Positions 28,123 to 36,379 of a stretch of 46,660 nucleotides of DNA are shown here, in pieces. Source of the stretch: Escherichia phage aalborv. The stretch lies in sequence record NC_049829.1; one strand, given 5' to 3'. Below the pieces are notes generated by a model. That model ran no database searches. It saw only the letters and a program-made list of their open reading frames with translations, and was not told where the DNA came from. Each line of letters starts with the position of its first letter. The stretch's first letter is position 1. Made by a program: the position numbers and the translations under genes.

Positions 28123-29685
28123 GTTCCGCAAACCTGCCAATTTTTTCATTCTTCCTACCGGATCATCTGCCATGTTCATTTCAATGTTAACCGCATCAAT
28201 GATGTTATCAACAATATCATCATGAGGATGCGAATCATCGAATGTAAACGCCGCAACTTCAGCGAGTATCTCAGCCAGCATATGATGCGATTCTGGAAGT
28301 GCTACGCGTCCGGCGCGCATTACTGGCGCTGCGTCCATTGCTCGCGTAACCTTATCTTTATCTCGCTGAACGGGATTGATCTTGATCATGATTTTTTTCG
28401 CTGCACTCTGAATCAAACCAGTGCCAGACGATTTATCTTCAACATGAATCCTTCTCAACGTTCCGCATTCTTTATTGCGCTTCCAGCACTGATTAACGAA
28501 TGCAACAAAATTCGTCTCAAGGTCCGGTGCTTCCCATTTTCCGCGAACACCATCAATGAAGTAAACGCGATCTTTATACATCCCCCAATAACAGATCACG
28601 GAGTAGTCGTTAAGCTCCCCTGTTTTCTGTGCGGTATCAACCGTGATAAATGTATATTCAAAGCGATCCGGTTTTGGTAGCGTGCATTTCTCGCTGCTGC
28701 CGTAATACTGAAACCACTCTGTTTTAAACACGTTACCGCCAAGCGCAACAGGCTGTTGCTGATACTGACTAGCGAACGTGTACGGATCAGCATTGCGAAG
28801 CGCAAGCAATTCCTCCGCGCTTTCCTTAGCAGGCCAGAATGAATAATGAGCAACGCCATCAATCATCACTGGCTTACTGGACAAAACATCGCGATCAAAC
28901 TCAGGCTTTAACCAATCAGGAAGCGTTTCGCGATATTCCTTAGTAACGAGCGCCGGAATACTAACCACCTTAAACTTGATGCCGCCCATGCCGCCGTTTG
29001 TCATGAACCATGTTGAATCATTGACGTGTAGCCGTTGCTGGACCATTACGATGGGCGTTGTGTCCTTCATTCTACGCGATCGCACCGTGTTCTTTAGGCG
29101 CATGTGTCCGGCTTCTCGCTTTACCTTAGAAAGCATGTCATCCGGTTTGTCTGGATCATCAAGAACCAGCATACCAGTAAATCCATCGTCCATGTATCCG
29201 CCACGCAGACCAGTAACCTGACCACCGATAGAACGCGAGTTAACTTGTAATTTAACCTTGCCGCCATCGGTTACAATCAAATCCTTTGCGCTCGCCTTTG
29301 CCAGCTTTCCAGGCCATAGCTCCTGCCATTCTGGAGAACCAATAATCTCCTTAATTCGGTTGCTATTCTGCTGGACAAGGCCATCACTAAACGAAAGATT
29401 AAGATTTCGCACCTTCTTACTTTTCAATGACGCATAAGGTGACATATGGATCGAGAATATCTCTGTTTTACCGCTGCCTGGCGTTATGTTGAAAATTACA
29501 TTCTGTGACTCGCCTTTGATGATTTTTTCAACTTCGCTGCATAGGTAGCTGAAATGCCAGTTTCCTAAGAATTTCTGACCTTGCAATAATTGAAACCAAA
29601 TGCGGATCATCTTTTCGAATGAATATTCGCTCATTTCCTTAACGGCGCGTTTCTGCGCCGCTGTTAAGTCTTCCCAAATCAGCAT
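28117..29685 (-). CDS. terminase large subunit
   Basis: 522 aa; Walker A-like NITPGSGKTE; C-terminal nuclease-like acidic residues; start overlaps stop of small subunit. Confidence 0.85.
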   Translation of the reverse strand: MLIWEDLTAAQKRAVKEMSEYSFEKMIRIWFQLLQGQKFLGNWHFSYLCSEVEKIIKGESQNVIFNITPGSGKTEIFSIHMSPYASLKSKKVRNLNLSFSDGLVQQNSNRIKEIIGSPEWQELWPGKLAKASAKDLIVTDGGKVKLQVNSRSIGGQVTGLRGGYMDDGFTGMLVLDDPDKPDDMLSKVKREAGHMRLKNTVRSRRMKDTTPIVMVQQRLHVNDSTWFMTNGGMGGIKFKVVSIPALVTKEYRETLPDWLKPEFDRDVLSSKPVMIDGVAHYSFWPAKESAEELLALRNADPYTFASQYQQQPVALGGNVFKTEWFQYYGSSEKCTLPKPDRFEYTFITVDTAQKTGELNDYSVICYWGMYKDRVYFIDGVRGKWEAPDLETNFVAFVNQCWKRNKECGTLRRIHVEDKSSGTGLIQSAAKKIMIKINPVQRDKDKVTRAMDAAPVMRAGRVALPESHHMLAEILAEVAAFTFDDSHPHDDIVDNIIDAVNIEMNMADDPVGRMKKLAGLRNK

Positions 29686-30206
29686 TATATCTTCTCCAGA
29701 ATGTCAATTACCGCCTCTTTGACTTCCTCCGCCGTTACAGCGTCAACGCTTGCGCTTGTGTTATTCTCAATGGTTACGGTTGCTGGCTTTTCAATGCCGA
29801 TCTCTTTACCAATGAATCCGGCGTTAACAATATTGTTTGCGGCAAGCTGGAATTTTTGCTCGTAAACAACGCCGTCGATAAAGTCCATAACATCGCTGAA
29901 TCCTGGCTCGCGTCGCCATTTTTCAAGCACGGAAGCAGAAAGGCCAGAGAATAAGCGGAACCCATTTAAGGTGAACACGCGCGGCTTGTGAATCTTGCTT
30001 TCGTATACATCACCTTGAAAGGATGCAGTTTCCGCAGCCTGTATATGGTTTTCCTCTGCCCACGTAAAGTAACGTACAGCCAGATCAAATACCTGTTCCG
30101 GCGTGTACTTGTGCGCCTTTGTCATTTTTGCAATATCGCCATATTGCTTATTATATAGTTTTTTAAAATTGCAAGCCTTTACGGCTGGCTCAACGTTTTT
30201 AGCCAT
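29685..30206 (-). CDS. terminase small subunit (by synteny)
   Basis: 173 aa ORF directly upstream of and overlapping large terminase; preceded by terminator and TATAAT. Confidence 0.55.
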   Translation of the reverse strand: MAKNVEPAVKACNFKKLYNKQYGDIAKMTKAHKYTPEQVFDLAVRYFTWAEENHIQAAETASFQGDVYESKIHKPRVFTLNGFRLFSGLSASVLEKWRREPGFSDVMDFIDGVVYEQKFQLAANNIVNAGFIGKEIGIEKPATVTIENNTSASVDAVTAEEVKEAVIDILEKI

Positions 30207-30254
30207 AATGCGCCCTCCTTATAACAAAGACTCATTATAGACAAATTGCAGGCA

Positions 30255-30279
30255 ATAAAAAACCCGCCATTTGGCGGGT
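30255..30279 (-). terminator. intrinsic terminator upstream of terminase operon
   Basis: Stem CCCGCC..GGCGGG followed by 6 T on minus strand. Confidence 0.6.
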
Positions 30280-30285
30280 AGTTGG

Positions 30286-30519
30286 TCAATACTTGTATTT
30301 TACTTTTTCATCTTCTTGATTCTCCAGGTGCTGATGGATTTTGCTACCAATCATCAGATAGTGACCGCGCACATCCCATCGCTGCATATTGTTATTCCAT
30401 GTCGCGCTTGCAAACTTCCCGTTCTTAGCAAGAAATTTGCAAATCTTTTCCGATGCGACAAGCAGAATAATTACAGCAAAAACAAAACCAATAACAAAAG
30501 CAGAAATTAAGTTCAACAT
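30286..30519 (-). CDS. small membrane protein (77 aa, N-terminal TM helix)
   Basis: Hydrophobic N-terminus LISAFVIGFVFAVIILLVA; GGGGAG SD. Confidence 0.5.
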   Translation of the reverse strand: MLNLISAFVIGFVFAVIILLVASEKICKFLAKNGKFASATWNNNMQRWDVRGHYLMIGSKIHQHLENQEDEKVKYKY

Positions 30520-30604
30520 GATACTCCCCTTACAAAATTGATTGAAAATTGATGCGTCTCTGGATCTGCACCTGATATAACTTTAGCACATTGAATCGCG
30601 TCAA

Positions 30605-30641
30605 CAGGATTTTGCGCTGAAATCTCGCATTCAAAATCCTG
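30605..30641. other. 10-bp perfect inverted repeat CAGGATTTTG..CAAAATCCTG with 17-nt spacer in noncoding region
   Basis: No flanking T-tract on either strand, so not a terminator; lies in a 515-bp stretch without convincing ORFs. Confidence 0.5.
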
Positions 30642-30900
30642 CCTACATGACTGGCAATTACGCCCCATTCACCTGATCGTCAGCTTTACTTTGTACTTCA
30701 TCTTTTACGATCTCTCGTTTGATGCAATTGATATTGTGCACGGTGTACAAGTATTCACCAATTCGAATGAATTTGCAATCATCATCAATTTCATCCTCAT
30801 TCACGGTAACAGAAAAGCTATTGCAAGGTAACCATTTAATGGATTCATCACCATACCGTCAAACATGAAAGTTAATTTGTACTTTTCCATATATTCACCT

Positions 30901-30942
30901 ATAAAAAAGGCGATACGTCTTACGGCAAAAACCTGCATATCG
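30901..30942 (-). terminator. intrinsic terminator after 31035..31265
   Basis: Stem GGCGATA..TATCGCC with long loop followed by TTTTTTAT on minus strand. Confidence 0.45.
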
Positions 30943-31034
30943 CCGTTGTTGCGTGGCAACCGCGCCACCCGTTCGGCCTTAGCCGCTCTTATGTAAACGA
31001 TTGATATGCTATCCAATCAGGAAATAGTTGTCAA

Positions 31035-31265
31035 TCATTCGCGGTCAAATGCGTTTCCCCATCTTCCACGAAGATAACCACATAACCAGATGAATTGGGT
31101 AATTGTCAGCATTGGCGCAACTGGCTGATAATGTTCGGCAATAATGCCCTTCATAACTTCATCAACATACTTCCCGCGCTTTTCAACATCCGCCTTCATT
31201 GCCTCGCCGCACTTCTTAGCTTGGCGTTTTGCAGCGTTGAATTGTGCCTCGCTCATTCCAAACAT
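31035..31265 (-). CDS. hypothetical protein (76 aa)
   Basis: ORF track; start overlaps stop of upstream micro-ORF (TAATG); terminator 30901..30942 follows. Confidence 0.5.
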   Translation of the reverse strand: MFGMSEAQFNAAKRQAKKCGEAMKADVEKRGKYVDEVMKGIIAEHYQPVAPMLTITQFIWLCGYLRGRWGNAFDRE

Positions 31266-31393
31266 TACAGACCTCTACCCTTCCACAAGTTGTACATTTC
31301 GAAATAGTGCATTGCCGTTTCAGTGTCGCCGCGCTCTAATGCTTCCTCTTGCTTATGTGCGCACCACTGCGACGGTTTTATGTAGTTATCCAT
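31265..31393 (-). CDS. hypothetical small protein (42 aa, MDNYIKPSQWCAHKQEE...)
   Basis: Not in track (<60 aa); AAGGTGA SD 5 nt upstream of ATG; stop overlaps downstream ATG. Confidence 0.4.
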   Translation of the reverse strand: MDNYIKPSQWCAHKQEEALERGDTETAMHYFEMYNLWKGRGL

Positions 31394-31409
31394 TGAATCA
31401 CCTTACCTA

Positions 31410-31458
31410 AAAAATGCCTCGTAAAAATGCGTCCTGTTCGCTGTATGAGGCATTCAAT
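31410..31458 (-). terminator. hairpin with T-tract after 31464..31775
   Basis: 8-bp stem AATGCCTC..GAGGCATT, 26-nt loop, followed by TTTTT. Confidence 0.4.
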
Positions 31459-31463
31459 TTTAA

Positions 31464-31775
31464 TTAAAAATCGTCGAGCAACTCACGAAAGTTGTTAAGC
31501 GTTGCAACTTTAGCGCAATCCCACTCCGTAGATCCAGCTTCTTCCCACGGAGAACCAGGCCCGTGATTTGTCATGTCGTCGATTAGTGATGAAATTTCAT
31601 CAACAACAATCTCTTTCAAATGCTCTCGGTGCTCTATATCTTCCACTGGCTCAAAAGCCTGAATTACACCACCCAAAACGCGTTGCTGTGCTTTCGCATC
31701 GTCGAGCGTATCGTAAATATTTCGGATCTGCTTGTTGGCAAACTTCCCGATCCCGTAAGTGTGAATGTAAATCAT
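31464..31775 (-). CDS. hypothetical acidic protein (103 aa)
   Basis: ORF track; terminator 31410..31458 downstream. Confidence 0.5.
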   Translation of the reverse strand: MIYIHTYGIGKFANKQIRNIYDTLDDAKAQQRVLGGVIQAFEPVEDIEHREHLKEIVVDEISSLIDDMTNHGPGSPWEEAGSTEWDCAKVATLNNFRELLDDF

Positions 31776-32080
31776 TTTAATTTCTCCACATCAACCATAG
31801 TGCAGCGAGAAACAACACCAGATACACGATCAACTTTCTTTTTGCTCTTTCGCTTCCAGTTGTGAACTTTTAAAGCCGTGTATCCATTCTCAGCAAGCCA
31901 TTTTGCAGTTTCTGCCGCGTCAGTCGGACGCGGTGAGAATTTTTGCTCAAGCTGAGTAAAAAGCTCTCTTGCAACCTCATGATCAATCATCATTTCATCA
32001 TCTGATCCGCAAAGTGCACGAGAACCTACAGCATGCAGGAGTTTCTTTGCTTGTTCTTCTGAAAGGTTAATCGTGATCAT
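31772..32080 (-). CDS. hypothetical protein (102 aa)
   Basis: Start set to ATG 32080 (MITINLSEE), which overlaps the upstream stop as ATGA; track start 32098 lacks SD. Confidence 0.5.
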   Translation of the reverse strand: MITINLSEEQAKKLLHAVGSRALCGSDDEMMIDHEVARELFTQLEQKFSPRPTDAAETAKWLAENGYTALKVHNWKRKSKKKVDRVSGVVSRCTMVDVEKLK

Positions 32081-32289
32081 TCTTCTACTACCTCGCATTC
32101 GTCATGGTTTACGCCGATGTTATCACCGATTCGAATTTCTTCTGTATTGCGGATTGCTAACACGCAGTAAGAACCATCGCGAAAGAATCCGTCAACCTCT
32201 ACAATGTCACCAACTTTGAACCCGCATTGCTCAAGGGTAATGCCTCCGTCGTTGCGGTCAATGTCAACCCTGGTGATTCGAATTTTCAT
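32077..32289 (-). CDS. hypothetical protein (70 aa)
   Basis: ORF track; GAGGAAA SD; driven by motif promoter 32316..32366. Confidence 0.5.
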   Translation of the reverse strand: MKIRITRVDIDRNDGGITLEQCGFKVGDIVEVDGFFRDGSYCVLAIRNTEEIRIGDNIGVNHDECEVVEE

Positions 32290-32315
32290 TTTGATTTCCT
32301 CTGTTTCGCTTCAAT

Positions 32316-32366
32316 GAGGACACTTTAACAAATGCCCTCGCGGAAGTTTTAACAAAAAATGCTGTT
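32316..32366 (-). promoter_or_regulatory. motif-type promoter (variant AACAGCATTTTTTGTTAAAA), -10 TAAAGT
   Basis: Motif 32347..32366; 22-bp spacer; -10 32322..32327. Confidence 0.45.
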
Positions 32367-32652
32367 AGCTCATGTAATAGATTTCATCGCGAACAAAATC
32401 GTCAAAATCAGATTGCGTCAATGGTCGATCCTCTAGTGCTGCCTGCTCAATCATTTCTACAAGGGCGCAATCCATATCAAGGTAATGAGCATCAAAATCA
32501 TACCATGAAGCCATTTCACGCGCCCATGAGCGGCAATTCTTGAATCCGTAACGTCTGATACAGTTTGCTGTATGAAATGAGTCATTCCAACCACGCTCAA
32601 GCGCTGCCTTTTCGAATGCGTTAATCAACATTTTGCGATAGCTTTTAGCCAT
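32365..32652 (-). CDS. hypothetical protein (95 aa)
   Basis: ORF track; AAGGAGG SD; stop TAA abuts promoter motif. Confidence 0.5.
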   Translation of the reverse strand: MAKSYRKMLINAFEKAALERGWNDSFHTANCIRRYGFKNCRSWAREMASWYDFDAHYLDMDCALVEMIEQAALEDRPLTQSDFDDFVRDEIYYMS

Positions 32653-32694
32653 TTGTTTCCTCCTTTTGGCGCCACCTAAGCGGCGCGGTTAACA

Positions 32695-32874
32695 TTACTT
32701 CTTTTTTCCGGTCAGCATGTATCGCTTACCGTCTTTGAATCCGTCACCATAGCCAGCATATCCGCCAGCCATGAAGATAATCAATCCGCCGATTGACTCA
32801 ACAATGCCGCTATATCCATAAGCCAGGTAGCAACCAGCGATAAGGGCAATAAAAATGATAATTACTCTTTTCAT
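32695..32874 (-). CDS. small membrane protein / possible lipoprotein (59 aa)
   Basis: Start at ATG 32874 (MKRVIIIFIALIAGCY), lipobox-like LIAGC; ATGA overlap with upstream interrupted frame. Confidence 0.45.
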   Translation of the reverse strand: MKRVIIIFIALIAGCYLAYGYSGIVESIGGLIIFMAGGYAGYGDGFKDGKRYMLTGKKK

Positions 32875-33233
32875 ACGTGATCCCATACATCGCACTTTTT
32901 GACAACCAGCAAACGCAGCTTGTAAGGTCGGAACTTGTGCAACTTTTTAGCGTACTCACGCGCTTCACTGTAGCTATTGAACTCCATAGCCCAAAAACCG
33001 AAAGCATCATCCGTCAGATATTCCCAATCGCCACTGATAACGCGGCGGCGTTGCAGGTAATAAATCTTGCATTCTGTGCAAGCAACGATCCGGTATTAAG
33101 GTTTAAAGATTCGTTTTAATGCGTTAAAAACCATAGTGCGGCCCTCACTGAATAAATAACTAAGAGAATCAAGAATAACACAATCATGATTTCATAAAAA
33201 TCAAACGGTGGCTTAGGATTGGTTGCGTTGTTG

Positions 33234-33638
33234 TTATTTCCCAGCATTTCGCGCAATCCCCTTGTACATGCCGTAAAGAACATTATCAGGCTTTTTGAAC
33301 TTGATCGCATTGCGCGCAAGTCGGCGCATACGTCGCGCATCGTATCGCGCTCGCTGAAATGGCATTTTCATTGTCTTAACATGGCAGCCGCGATGATCGC
33401 TGATTCGCTTAAGCTCAATCAAAACGCCTTGAGTTGCCTCTACGCAATAATGATCAAAGCCAAGTCGTCTAGTAATGATATAGCCATTCTTGATGCGTGG
33501 TCGGTTAAACTCTTTTAACGATCCGATATAGCGATCGGAAGCCGTTACAATCTCACCTTTACGAATGCCGCATCGCTCATCATATACCCAGGTTACAACA
33601 AATTTTGTGCCTACGCGGATTTTGTGAAGATCTAACAT
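33234..33638 (-). CDS. hypothetical basic protein (134 aa)
   Basis: Start moved to ATG 33638 (MLDLHKIRVG, AAAGGA SD) because track N-terminus lies upstream of promoter -10 (33669..33674). Confidence 0.5.
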   Translation of the reverse strand: MLDLHKIRVGTKFVVTWVYDERCGIRKGEIVTASDRYIGSLKEFNRPRIKNGYIITRRLGFDHYCVEATQGVLIELKRISDHRGCHVKTMKMPFQRARYDARRMRRLARNAIKFKKPDNVLYGMYKGIARNAGK

Positions 33639-33662
33639 GTTCAAGTCCTTTCGTTGATTGGT

Positions 33663-33714
33663 GTTTGCATTATAGCGAGGCATTGCGCCCCGCTTTTAGC
33701 AATTCGTGCTATTT
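33663..33714 (-). promoter_or_regulatory. motif-type promoter variant (AAATAGCACGAATTGCTAAAA), -10 TATAAT
   Basis: TTGCTA then 22-bp GC-rich inverted-repeat spacer then TATAAT (33669..33674). Confidence 0.5.
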
Positions 33715-34299
33715 GATCTTTGTGTGTTTCCACTGGACCGTTTTGATGATCTCGTCAACAGTCTTTTCTGGATCGCCATCAGTCATTGTGAAGTCGTAAT
33801 GCTTGGCGCGGTGATGGTATCCGCTCAGGTCAATATAGTTTCGTGAATCGCCATCAAACGTGAAGCCTTCGCGATGCAGTCGGCAAATGTGCACTTCATG
33901 GCCTGCCTTAACTAGCGGCTTGATTTCTTCAGGGAATCCGCCGTCACTAATTACAACAGCTAAATCTCTGTACATCTCGTGTACTTGCTCAACCATGCGA
34001 TTTCCGAAATATTGCTCGCCAAAAGCTGGCTTCATAACTTCTTCGCTAATCCAGATCATGAACTGGCGAGGCGACTTTCCTTGCAAGATTGCTTGGGGCT
34101 TTTCTTTCTGCTCGCGGTCGTTATACAGATTAATGAACTCGTCATATCGGTAAACGCCAAGCATGGAAAACGCAATATCAAACATAGGCTGTTTAAACGA
34201 CGCTTTAACGGCTGCGTAACGATGGCCCGTTAAGTATGCCGCAAGCGTATCCTTGCCAACTCCTGGCGGTCCGTTAAGGATGATAATGTCGCGTTTCAT
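33709..34299 (-). CDS. P-loop nucleotide kinase (dNMP kinase / polynucleotide kinase-like)
   Basis: Walker A GPPGVGKDT near N-terminus resembling T4 gp1 / Pnk kinase P-loops; stop TAG inside promoter motif. Confidence 0.55.
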   Translation of the reverse strand: MKRDIIILNGPPGVGKDTLAAYLTGHRYAAVKASFKQPMFDIAFSMLGVYRYDEFINLYNDREQKEKPQAILQGKSPRQFMIWISEEVMKPAFGEQYFGNRMVEQVHEMYRDLAVVISDGGFPEEIKPLVKAGHEVHICRLHREGFTFDGDSRNYIDLSGYHHRAKHYDFTMTDGDPEKTVDEIIKTVQWKHTKIK

Positions 34300-34301
34300 A
34301 T

Positions 34302-34418
34302 TTATTCACCTCTTGCTTTCAAGACAGTAATTTCTGTTGTCTCGCTTAAAACCTTGAAATTTCTATTCTCGCTTTTAATTGTCATATTGACAATCATAAC
34401 CCGACCGCGCTCTATCAT
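34302..34418 (-). CDS. micro-ORF (38 aa) translationally coupled to kinase gene
   Basis: Stop TAA immediately followed by kinase ATG; preceded by overlapping 30-codon ORF 34415..34507 (ATGA); weak SD. Confidence 0.25.
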   Translation of the reverse strand: MIERGRVMIVNMTIKSENRNFKVLSETTEITVLKARGE

Positions 34419-34517
34419 GTCGGCAAGCTCTCGAAGGTGACTTGCAGTTTTGGCAATCTCTTAGCTTTTTTCGTCAAATGGTGGCAATTGCATTTAGTTG
34501 TCTCCATGTCTGATTGT

Positions 34518-34568
34518 AGGCCTACTATACAGCAGGCCCGATAATCTGTTTTTGCAAAAAGTGCTATT
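34518..34568 (-). promoter_or_regulatory. motif-type promoter (variant AATAGCACTTTTTGCAAAAA), -10 TATAGT
   Basis: Motif 34549..34568; -10 at 34524..34529. Confidence 0.5.
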
Positions 34569-34743
34569 AAACAGAAAAATCATCATCATCTGGATCAATG
34601 GCCCAGGTGTCACCGTGGTCGTCGTACACAAAGTAATTGCCAGCACTCGACACATCGGCATGATAACGCTTTCCAGCGGTGAAACATTCGTTGACTTCCT
34701 CGCATTCACTACCCAGGAATTTAATCACTGTTGATTGCATCAT
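34567..34743 (-). CDS. small acidic protein (58 aa, C-terminus DPDDDDFSV)
   Basis: Not in track; GGAGG SD 9 nt upstream; stop TAA immediately precedes TAGCAC of promoter motif 34549..34568; preferred over track ORF 34494..34709, which reads through the motif. Confidence 0.45.
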   Translation of the reverse strand: MMQSTVIKFLGSECEEVNECFTAGKRYHADVSSAGNYFVYDDHGDTWAIDPDDDDFSV

Positions 34744-35362
34744 TTTTCAATTCCTCCACGCCGCAACGCAAACATTTACCATCAACCACACTAAAACAGT
34801 GCTCGCCTTCGCATTCGATTTTTGGCTTCAATTCATCCACGCCGTGCGATTGGATGTGATTATGTGGCTTGTCGTATTCCGTGACCTGATAGGTTGTGAT
34901 CCCCAGGCTGCGGAAGTGCTTAACCACGTTCGGCGAATCGTCAAAGGCGCAAACGATGTTCTCCAGGCCAATAGCTTGCAAGACTTCTTCTTTGATGATT
35001 GTATCTTTTCGATTGTCTTCCTTTCGGCGCATGATTAACGCGTCGTGCTTGATGCCGTTATAATTTAACCAGTCGCAGGTGTCAGCCATCACCTCATCGC
35101 TGCGTCCGGTCAGGATAACGATGGCAAATCCTGACATCCACAATCCGTTAACCACTGCAACCGTGCTCTTAATCGGCGAATCGCCAACAGCCGCTTTGTT
35201 GAACTCAGACCAGCTTTCTGTAAGGTGCAAATCTTCTGTCGGCAGCAGGTGCAAGCGATGCGTTCCATCTGATAACGTTCCGTCCAGATCAACAATAACA
35301 ATCGGCTTGCTCGTGGAAAAATGGTATTTGCTGCCAAAAAGTTCGAACTCGTATTTTTTCAT
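34721..35362 (-). CDS. HAD-superfamily phosphatase with C-terminal Cys4 zinc ribbon
   Basis: DxDGT motif (VIVDLDGTLSD) near N-terminus; C-terminal C-x3-C...C-x2-C. Confidence 0.6.
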   Translation of the reverse strand: MKKYEFELFGSKYHFSTSKPIVIVDLDGTLSDGTHRLHLLPTEDLHLTESWSEFNKAAVGDSPIKSTVAVVNGLWMSGFAIVILTGRSDEVMADTCDWLNYNGIKHDALIMRRKEDNRKDTIIKEEVLQAIGLENIVCAFDDSPNVVKHFRSLGITTYQVTEYDKPHNHIQSHGVDELKPKIECEGEHCFSVVDGKCLRCGVEELKNDAINSD

Positions 35363-35580
35363 TATTTCACTTCCTCAAATTCAGCAATTACCATAGCGTG
35401 TGCCATAACCTTAGTGCCTTCACCGCCGTTCAGGAACATGCGATGCCCCTTACTATTGCTCACATAAAAAGATCCGGTTGATGATTTCAACTTTTGCGCC
35501 ATATAGATTTCGCCAGGCTTGAACATGCCAGCGCAACCATAGTTAACGGAAATGCATTTCATCTTCTTGTTAATGTACAT
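35362..35580 (-). CDS. hypothetical protein (72 aa)
   Basis: Start moved to ATG 35580 because track TTG start lies inside promoter motif 35636..35655. Confidence 0.45.
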   Translation of the reverse strand: MYINKKMKCISVNYGCAGMFKPGEIYMAQKLKSSTGSFYVSNSKGHRMFLNGGEGTKVMAHAMVIAEFEEVK

Positions 35581-35604
35581 CGTTTTATCTTCTTCATTGA
35601 AAGT

Positions 35605-35655
35605 GAGGCCATTATACCTGGCCCCACATTTGAGTTTTAACAAAAAGTGCTATTT
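35605..35655 (-). promoter_or_regulatory. motif-type promoter, -10 TATAAT in loop of GGCC..GGCC inverted repeat
   Basis: Motif 35636..35655; -10 35611..35616. Confidence 0.55.
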
Positions 35656-35839
35656 AGAATTTTACCTCTTCCACAAGCTCAACCATTTTATAACCCAGCC
35701 GATAAGAGTCACCGAACAACAGCACCCCCATAAATTCATCGTGGCTTATTGACTCTTTGCCAACAGTTCTAAGCTCGCCGTTGTGAATCACAGTATCGCC
35801 GATCTTGATTTCTGATTTATGGACTAATTTCGTTTTCAT
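35654..35839 (-). CDS. hypothetical protein (61 aa)
   Basis: ORF track; AGGTGA SD; stop TAA abuts promoter motif. Confidence 0.45.
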   Translation of the reverse strand: MKTKLVHKSEIKIGDTVIHNGELRTVGKESISHDEFMGVLLFGDSYRLGYKMVELVEEVKF

Positions 35840-35854
35840 TTATTCACCTGCTAA

Positions 35855-36040
35855 TTAAAAGAAAGCTACATAGTTTGCAATGCCTTTGGCGTCGTCGTTT
35901 GGCATTGCTTTTACAGCCAGGTCATAACCTTCCTCTACCTTCTGCTTTGCTGTTTCTTCGTTGTAACCCCAGATAACCAGGATTTTAACTACGTTTTCTT
36001 TGTTCAGGATTTTAAGGTCTTTGGTGATGCGACGTGCCAT
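35855..36040 (-). CDS. hypothetical protein (61 aa)
   Basis: ORF track; GAGGAAAA SD within conserved 5'UTR (CATCGAAACGA) of promoter module 36067..36117. Confidence 0.5.
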   Translation of the reverse strand: MARRITKDLKILNKENVVKILVIWGYNEETAKQKVEEGYDLAVKAMPNDDAKGIANYVAFF

Positions 36041-36066
36041 TTTGTTTTCCTCAATCTCGTTTCGAT

Positions 36067-36117
36067 GAGGCTATTATGCCAGGCTTTTACACCTGGCTTT
36101 TAACAAAAAGTGCTATT
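36067..36117 (-). promoter_or_regulatory. motif-type promoter module, exact inverted copy of module 40786..40836
   Basis: Motif 36098..36117; spacer hairpin GCCAGG..CCTGGC; -10 CATAAT 36073..36078; conserved leader CATCGAAACGA. Confidence 0.55.
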
Positions 36118-36118
36118 T
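36073..36118. repeat. 46-bp exact inverted repeat of promoter module (partner 40785..40830)
   Basis: Reverse complement of 40785..40830 matches 36073..36118 base for base. Confidence 0.85.
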
Positions 36119-36379
36119 AATATCTGTTGTGACTTGCTGGTGCATTACGCTCTTTCCGCTGTTGTGCGTGCTATTCGTTGCGCCTTTGCAATTGGTGTAA
36201 TAGATCGCGCGACCGTTATCATAGAATCTGTATGCTGTGCATCCATCAACAGTGAACAGGCGACCGACTTTGAAATCTGACTCCACGCCTACGACAACCG
36301 TTGATTCCGATGCCTTTCGCATCCGGTCAGGGTAGCGATTGCAATCAAAACTCCAATTAATGCCTTGTTCATTATTCAT
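36113..36379 (-). CDS. hypothetical protein (88 aa)
   Basis: ORF track; stop TAG inside promoter motif 36098..36117. Confidence 0.5.
   Translation of the reverse strand: MNNEQGINWSFDCNRYPDRMRKASESTVVVGVESDFKVGRLFTVDGCTAYRFYDNGRAIYYTNCKGATNSTHNSGKSVMHQQVTTDIK

Noticed and set aside
30520-30860. Apparent open frame of about 100 codons without ATG on the minus strand
   Set aside because: On careful re-reading the frame contains a TAA at 30662..30664; the impression came from a one-base indexing error, leaving only a 48-codon GTG-initiated frame without an SD.
33116-33340. Track ORF (74 aa, minus strand)
   Set aside because: It overlaps the 3' end of 33234..33638 by more than 100 nt and has no SD; only its last 23 hydrophobic codons could be a separate micro-ORF, which is unsupported.
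34494-34709. Track ORF (71 aa, minus strand)
   Set aside because: It reads through the conserved promoter motif at 34549..34568; the alternative frame 34567..34743 stops at the motif and has a GGAGG SD.
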